Assembly: GCA_963735805.1 (NCBI GenBank)
Contig: CAVTMK010000002.1
Span: 256,001-320,000 of the forward strand
Length of the DNA: 64,000 nucleotides
Source of the DNA: an uncultured Verrucomicrobiae bacterium
GTDB taxonomy: Bacteria; Verrucomicrobiota; Verrucomicrobiia; Chthoniobacterales; UBA10450
Direction of reading: 5' to 3'
This document shows, piece after piece, positions 59,210 through 64,000 of this stretch. Positions within the stretch are counted from its first letter, which is position 1, and every line of letters starts with the position of its first letter. A program made the position numbers and the translations under genes. Below the pieces are notes generated by a model, which saw only the letters and a list, made by a program, of their open reading frames with translations, was not told where the DNA came from and did no database searches.

Positions 59210-60571
59210 TTAAACACGTTCGAAACATGCTGCGCGAATTGCCTCGATCACCGCCTTATCTTGTTGCGGGAAAATCGTGCGGAGATCTATCTTCAAACGG
59301 TTGTTCGCAATATAACCAATGAGTGGCGGCGCTGACTTGCGCAAGCGCGCGGCGAACTCCACAGGCGAACAATTTTTCGGCAGGATTTCAATCGCAACAG
59401 ACGACGTCATTGATTTGGGCAATGTGCCACCGCCGATTCTGCCTGTGCTGCGGCCAATCGCGATCTGGAACGGCAAGTCATTCAGACGGTCCTTTATCGC
59501 CACGGCTCGATTGCACAATTCGTCTTCGGTGGCTTGCAACATCCCAATCGCCGGAATTTCCTCCGACGCTTGATTAAGATGAAGATCGATTGTTGCCTGC
59601 AGCGCCGCGAAGCAAAGTTTGTCACAACGCAGGGCGCGAAATAGAGGTTCGCGTTTTAAGGCACGCACGAATCGCCTCTTCCCAACGATAATTCCTGCCT
59701 GTGGCCCGCAGAATAACTTGTCGCCGCTAAAGCAAACAAGGTCCGCTCCCGTTTTTAACGCCTCCCATGGTGTCGGTTCGTGTTCGGCAATCCCTAATTG
59801 TTCAGTGGAGACAACCGCGCCGCTGCCCAAATCCTCCACAAAAGGAATTCGCTTTTTTCGCGCGAGAGCGGCGATGGATGCCGCGGGTGGCGATTCGACA
59901 AAACCGCTCATAAAAAAATTGCTGCGATGAACCTTCAGAATCATCGCGCTCCTGGAATTAATCGCGCGCCTGTAATCATCGAGCGTCGTTTTGTTGGTGG
60001 CTCCAACTTCACGCAAGGTGGCTCCGGTGGCTTCGATGATCTCGCCAATTCGAAAACCGCCCCCGATTTGAACCATCTCACCGCGCGAAATTATCACGTC
60101 CGATTTCGCCGCGGTGAAATATTGAACAATCAAGACTAACGCTGCCGCGCAATTGTTGACCACGGTAGCGGCTTCAGCTCCGCAAAGCAGCGCAAGCCCG
60201 TTCTCGATATATGCCCCGCGATTCCCGCGTTCGCCTGTCGCAAGATCGTATTCCAGATTGGAGTAGCCCGCGCCAACTTCCACGAGAGCTCGGATTGCTT
60301 CGGGTGCAAGCGGCGTACGTCCGAAGTTCGTATGAATTACAACACCAGTTCCGTTGATGACCGGTTGCAGTCGGCTGGCTCGAATCAATTCGAGCGAACG
60401 ACGGAGGTGCTTAACCGTCGATTCGAATTCTGGAATATCGCTGTTGCTTCGTATCTTCGACAGTTCCTGGCGGACCAGATAGACAACCAGTGGACGCGGC
60501 AGGTCATATTTTCCCAACGCATCAAGAACCTTGTTAACGGCAGGAATTTCTCGGCGCGAGCGCGGCTTCAC
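59210..60571 (-). CDS. selA: L-seryl-tRNA(Sec) selenium transferase
   Basis: VINGTGVVIHTNFGR, VVNNCAAA, EVGATN, DLGSG, FSGDKL, RALRCDK; GTG start overlapping selD stop chosen (alternative 60583). Confidence 0.95.
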   Translation of the reverse strand: MKPRSRREIPAVNKVLDALGKYDLPRPLVVYLVRQELSKIRSNSDIPEFESTVKHLRRSLELIRASRLQPVINGTGVVIHTNFGRTPLAPEAIRALVEVGAGYSNLEYDLATGERGNRGAYIENGLALLCGAEAATVVNNCAAALVLIVQYFTAAKSDVIISRGEMVQIGGGFRIGEIIEATGATLREVGATNKTTLDDYRRAINSRSAMILKVHRSNFFMSGFVESPPAASIAALARKKRIPFVEDLGSGAVVSTEQLGIAEHEPTPWEALKTGADLVCFSGDKLFCGPQAGIIVGKRRFVRALKREPLFRALRCDKLCFAALQATIDLHLNQASEEIPAIGMLQATEDELCNRAVAIKDRLNDLPFQIAIGRSTGRIGGGTLPKSMTSSVAIEILPKNCSPVEFAARLRKSAPPLIGYIANNRLKIDLRTIFPQQDKAVIEAIRAACFERV

Positions 60572-61626
60572 TCTTTTACGCATATCAATGGGCCACGAGG
60601 TCGTTGGGTACTAATCCTTCCGATGACGGCAGCGCAGGGCGTTCGCCTTTGCCGCAAGAGTCCGAGCACTTTCTCGAGCTTCCCCTCGGCGACGCACAGG
60701 AGTAATCCGCCGCTGGTTTGTGCGTCGGTTAAGAGAATTCGGCGCGAGTCATCTGTGCTTCCCCAATCGACAGCGACGGTTGTGGCGACGAAATTTTCGC
60801 TGCTGCCGCCGGGGATGCAGCCTTGCTCGATTAAGTCGGCGATCTCTTCGGTAATCGTGGGCACCGTTCGCGAATCGAGTTGTGCGGATACGCCACTGGC
60901 ACGACAGAGCGAAATCAAATGGCCCATTAGTCCGTACCCGGTTACGTCCGTCGCTGCGCGCACCAGGCGAAGCTCGGCCAGTTCGGCACCTACAGTGTTC
61001 ACTTTCGACATCAGTGCGATGACCTTTTTCTGTAGTGTGCGCGACGCAACTCCGCGTTTGATCGCAGTGGTGGCGATCCCTGTGCCCAGCGGTTTAGTCA
61101 ACACGAGCAGATCGCCGGGTTGCGCGTTTGCGTTTGTTGTCAGGCGACGAACATCGATGATCCCGGTAACAGCCAGTCCGTAAATGGGCTCTGGATTGCG
61201 AATAGAATGGCCGCCGATAATGGTGCAACCCACTTCGGCAGCTTTGGCGAGACCACCACGTAAAATCGCAGCAATCACTCTTGGCCGAACCAGGTCTGCC
61301 GGGAATCCAACGATGTTCAGTGCAGTCAACGGTCGCCCGCCCATAGCAAAGATGTCCGAGAGCGAATTCGCGGCCGCGATTTGTCCATATGAGAATGGGT
61401 CGTCCACGATGGGTGTAAAAAAGTCCACGGTTTGAACAAGAGCGCGGTGGCGATCGAGGCGATAAACGCCGGCATCGTCGAACGTACTCGAGTTCACGAT
61501 CACATTTCGGTCCAAAGAAAGCGGAAGCTGCGGCAAAACTTGTCGCAGGGCCTTTTGGCTCAATTTGGAAGCTCACCCGGCGCAGGATGAAAGCGAAGTC
61601 AGCCTCCGGACTTGCTCACGTGGCAT
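60568..61626 (-). CDS. selD: Selenide, water dikinase; selenoprotein (UGA codon 18)
   Basis: GGAGG RBS, ATG 61626, MPREQVRRLTSLSSCAG-U-ASKLSQ with in-frame TGA at 61573-61575; DDAGVY, QTVDFFTP, GGHS, DVTGYGL, DAQTSGGL. Confidence 0.93.
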
Positions 61627-61652
61627 GTGTAGTCACCTCCTTTTTCAAAGTG

Positions 61653-61726
61653 CTGTAGCCACGGCGGTGTGTCGCCGTGGATTGTTGAAACCCTGCGTAC
61701 GCCTCGACTCAGCGAGGCGGCTACAG
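61653..61726. repeat. REPIN-like element: two GTAG-capped hairpins in inverted orientation
   Basis: CTGTAGCCACGGCG-GTGTGT-CGCCGTGG ... CGCCTCG-ACTCAG-CGAGGCGGCTACAG. Confidence 0.65.
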
Positions 61727-61734
61727 AAATTGGA

Positions 61735-61831
61735 CGGAGAGGATAGGAATCGAACCTACCTCGGCCCCGGGTATGCGGAGCCGACAACGGTTTTGAAGAC
61801 CGCGAGGACCACCAGGCACCCTTCACTCTCC
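61735..61831 (-). tRNA. selC: tRNA-Sec (anticodon TCA)
   Basis: GGAGAGTG...GCGGT-CTTCAAA-ACCGT, long variable arm, GGTTCGATTCC, CTCTCC-G; ~97 nt; next to selD. Confidence 0.92.
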
Positions 61832-61866
61832 TAGTTACGGATCGCGGATTGTGGATTGCGCAAAAT

Positions 61867-62103
61867 TTATTTTGCTTTCTTGATCGCCGTGACAATGGCG
61901 TCGAAGTCCGGCCAATCGCCGGTGTCGAGTTTGGAATGGAGTAACTTGCCATTGGCGCGAACCTCGAAAGCGCCGCCACTCGAGGGAATCAAGGTCAGCG
62001 ACTTGATGCGCTCACCGAGCTCAAGAATTTTGGTCGCCAAACTGACGGCCTTCGGCGTGTAGTTTCAAACGACGCAGTATTCGATCGACACTTCGGTTTT
62101 CAC
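61867..62103 (-). CDS. SelW/SelT/SelH (Rdx) family selenoprotein, CxxU (78 aa)
   Basis: AAAGGAG RBS, GTG start, MKTEVSIEYCVV-U-NYTPKAVSLA...LIPSSGGAFEVRANGKLLHSKLDTGDWPD; TGA at 62065-62067; absent from the ORF track. Confidence 0.9.
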
Positions 62104-62125
62104 CGACAATCTCCTTTCCGAAATG

Positions 62126-62154
62126 AAACTATCGGCGCGATGAAATGAGGTCAA
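62126..62154 (-). promoter_or_regulatory. Sigma70-like promoter for the selW-selC-selD operon
   Basis: TTGACC-17 nt-TAGTTT just upstream of the RBS. Confidence 0.55.
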
Positions 62155-62230
62155 GAAATGTCCCGGAAAGGAATGGCGTTTGCGGAGACGCGGACCAATG
62201 AAGGCGCTTGACACAATTGTCGTGTTTAAG

Positions 62231-62277
62231 GAAGTGTAGCCGTAACCCGCTCCACCGGGTTACGGCTTCTCCACTTC
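62231..62277 (-). terminator. Strong hairpin, possible terminator of the upstream OMP gene
   Basis: GCCGTAACCCG-ctccac-CGGGTTACGGC with extended GAAGTG/CACTTC pairing; no clear U-tract. Confidence 0.45.
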
Positions 62278-62362
62278 AGCAACTCCGAAAACGTTCGAAG
62301 CTGTCAGCCCTGAAGATGTTTCGGAAACGTTGATCCAAGATGCCTTTTGAGCTGGTTGTCAG

Positions 62363-64000
62363 CTAAAACGCGAAGTTGAGACCGCTGCGAAACATTCCAA
62401 AATTGTTTTGCGGCCCATCGATCACGCCGAAGGATAAGTCGTTAGTCCAACCAATATGGCGCGCGACTCGGAATTCGACTCCGACTCCAAATTGCCCGAC
62501 CACTTTGGTTTCAGCACCGAAGTGATCCGTCTGTGCATTAACAGCAAACGCATCCGGCGGCCCCTGCGTGTGAACGATATCCCTTTCGCCGCCGCCAAAA
62601 ATCGCGCCCACACCCGCCCATGCATAGGGTGATAAACGTGTGCAAGGAATCGGATAGCGCAGCGTAAGCGTTCCTAAAACAGAGCCGATGGTGTGATCGT
62701 GATTAATTCTTCGGTGAACAAAAATCGGAACCGTTTGATCCTCGAAGATATCGAAACCAGGCTTGCTGGCGTCCAGAGCGAATCCTTCAACACCGATACC
62801 AGCATACCGACAGAAAAAATACTTGATGTCGCCTCCGCCGCCCCACGCGTGATCCCCACCAATATAATGATCGTAGGTGCCAAGCACGGCGCCGCCCTCA
62901 CTGGTACTTTGTACGATGTCCACCAGCGAAGGATTAGGCGCGAATTCGGTGTTGGTAAATGTATAGGTGCCCCAGAGATTCACATTCCATTCGCGATCGC
63001 CGTACCAATCCGGACATGGCGGCGCGACCTGCTTCATCTCTTTGTCTGAATCTTTACCAGCGCCGGAAACCTTGGTCAGATAACGGAATCGACTGGACAC
63101 TGGCGCTTCGGCTTCGGCGCGTTCGCCACCGAAGAGCCAGGAAAAGGCAACAAAAACATCGGCGACTGGCGAATCGTGAGTGCACCCAAACAACGGCGAA
63201 ATATCAAGCCGCGTATTTGCTGTCGGTTTCCAGGCAACGGTTGGACCGAGGACGAAGCTGTTCACGGCATCGCCGCGGGTATCTTTCGTGGTGACGTTCC
63301 GATATAGCATTTCTATGCCGACTTTCAGACGTTCGTTAGGCAAGAGGACCGGCGTCATGGCAGCCTGTGAGAAGCCCCATTCCCGACCGCGATCTCCAGT
63401 GTTCTCTTTTTCGAAGAACCAGTTCATGGCCCATTCGACGCGTCCGAAGAATTCCTGAGCGAGAAGCAAACGAACTTCGTACGCATCGGGAACCTTCGGC
63501 GGACCGCCCTCTTCCTCCTCTTCTTCTTCTCCTCCTCCGCCTGGAGGCGGTGGAACTTCTTCGTGTCGAATTGTACCGACACCGAATTTATATTCCGCGA
63601 AGAGAGTTGGATTGAGCGGAATCTTGTTCCAGTCAGCAAGCGCCCATCGCGCTTCCAGACTCACTGTCTGCACACCGCCACCGCCATTAAATCGTTCCAA
63701 CTCTGTTTCGGCCGCGATATTAAAACGATACGGCAAACCCATTTCGATCTCTTGGGTGAAAAGATAATCAGGTGGTCCGTGTCGGAACCCCTGACCTTCA
63801 AAGAGTTCGCCGAAGAAGAATGCCCATGGCGGCAACACGTAGGCATTTACTGCGTTGGAAAAACGGCTGCGGGAAAACCCAGGTGGCGCGCCGTAAGCAC
63901 TCGGCACTTCCTCGCCCGTGACTACAATTGGCTGTTCGTCTCTTAATGTTACCTCTTGCGCGGAGGCCGAATGACTTACGGTGGGAAGTACGAAACCTAT
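62363..64000 (-). CDS. Outer-membrane beta-barrel protein (two-domain), 5' end beyond window
   Basis: Frame open to 64000 (…HSASAQEVTLRDEQPIVVTGEE); alternating beta strands; terminal Phe (RSGLNFAF). Confidence 0.7.
   Translation of the reverse strand: MGFVLPTVSHSASAQEVTLRDEQPIVVTGEEVPSAYGAPPGFSRSRFSNAVNAYVLPPWAFFFGELFEGQGFRHGPPDYLFTQEIEMGLPYRFNIAAETELERFNGGGGVQTVSLEARWALADWNKIPLNPTLFAEYKFGVGTIRHEEVPPPPGGGGEEEEEEEGGPPKVPDAYEVRLLLAQEFFGRVEWAMNWFFEKENTGDRGREWGFSQAAMTPVLLPNERLKVGIEMLYRNVTTKDTRGDAVNSFVLGPTVAWKPTANTRLDISPLFGCTHDSPVADVFVAFSWLFGGERAEAEAPVSSRFRYLTKVSGAGKDSDKEMKQVAPPCPDWYGDREWNVNLWGTYTFTNTEFAPNPSLVDIVQSTSEGGAVLGTYDHYIGGDHAWGGGGDIKYFFCRYAGIGVEGFALDASKPGFDIFEDQTVPIFVHRRINHDHTIGSVLGTLTLRYPIPCTRLSPYAWAGVGAIFGGGERDIVHTQGPPDAFAVNAQTDHFGAETKVVGQFGVGVEFRVARHIGWTNDLSFGVIDGPQNNFGMFRSGLNFAF

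Noticed and set aside
61837..61861. Short GGATTGC-type heptamer repeats (also near 19050-19070)
   Set aside because: Only 2-3 degenerate copies; no function can be supported

Overview
Bacterial chromosomal window, probably from a soil Verrucomicrobiota (Chthoniobacterales / 'Ca. Udaeobacter'-like). That assignment is my inference from a Peptidase_S74 'tail-fibre' paralog and the style of the outer-membrane protein, not a database result. 1-20.5 kb: mostly housekeeping (quinone reductase, frameshifted ORF6N gene, LysR, SET-domain protein, typA, large Asp-box protein, yebC, rho, glnE, lipid kinase, AsmA, rsmD, waaA, tRNA-Glu). A 19-bp copy of the tRNA-Glu 3' end exactly 1000 bp downstream brackets a one-gene islet. 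21.6-51 kb: the main finding, a ~29 kb lipid cluster. It encodes a DEGS-like sphingolipid desaturase, FA2H-like hydroxylase, serine-palmitoyltransferase-like enzyme, bacterial ceramide-synthase-like GNAT, SDR, NTP transferase, four CDP-alcohol phosphotransferases, inositol-3-phosphate synthase, a flippase, several glycosyltransferases with a YdjC deacetylase, and an ABC/MFP/2xTolC exporter. Together these suggest a pathway to desaturated/hydroxylated, possibly glycosylated, inositol-phosphoceramides. 51-62 kb: addA/addB-like genes coupled to a full selenocysteine locus (selB, selA, selD, tRNA-Sec). selD and a small SelW/Rdx gene both carry in-frame UGA codons that the ORF track missed. All functional calls come from motif recognition by eye.
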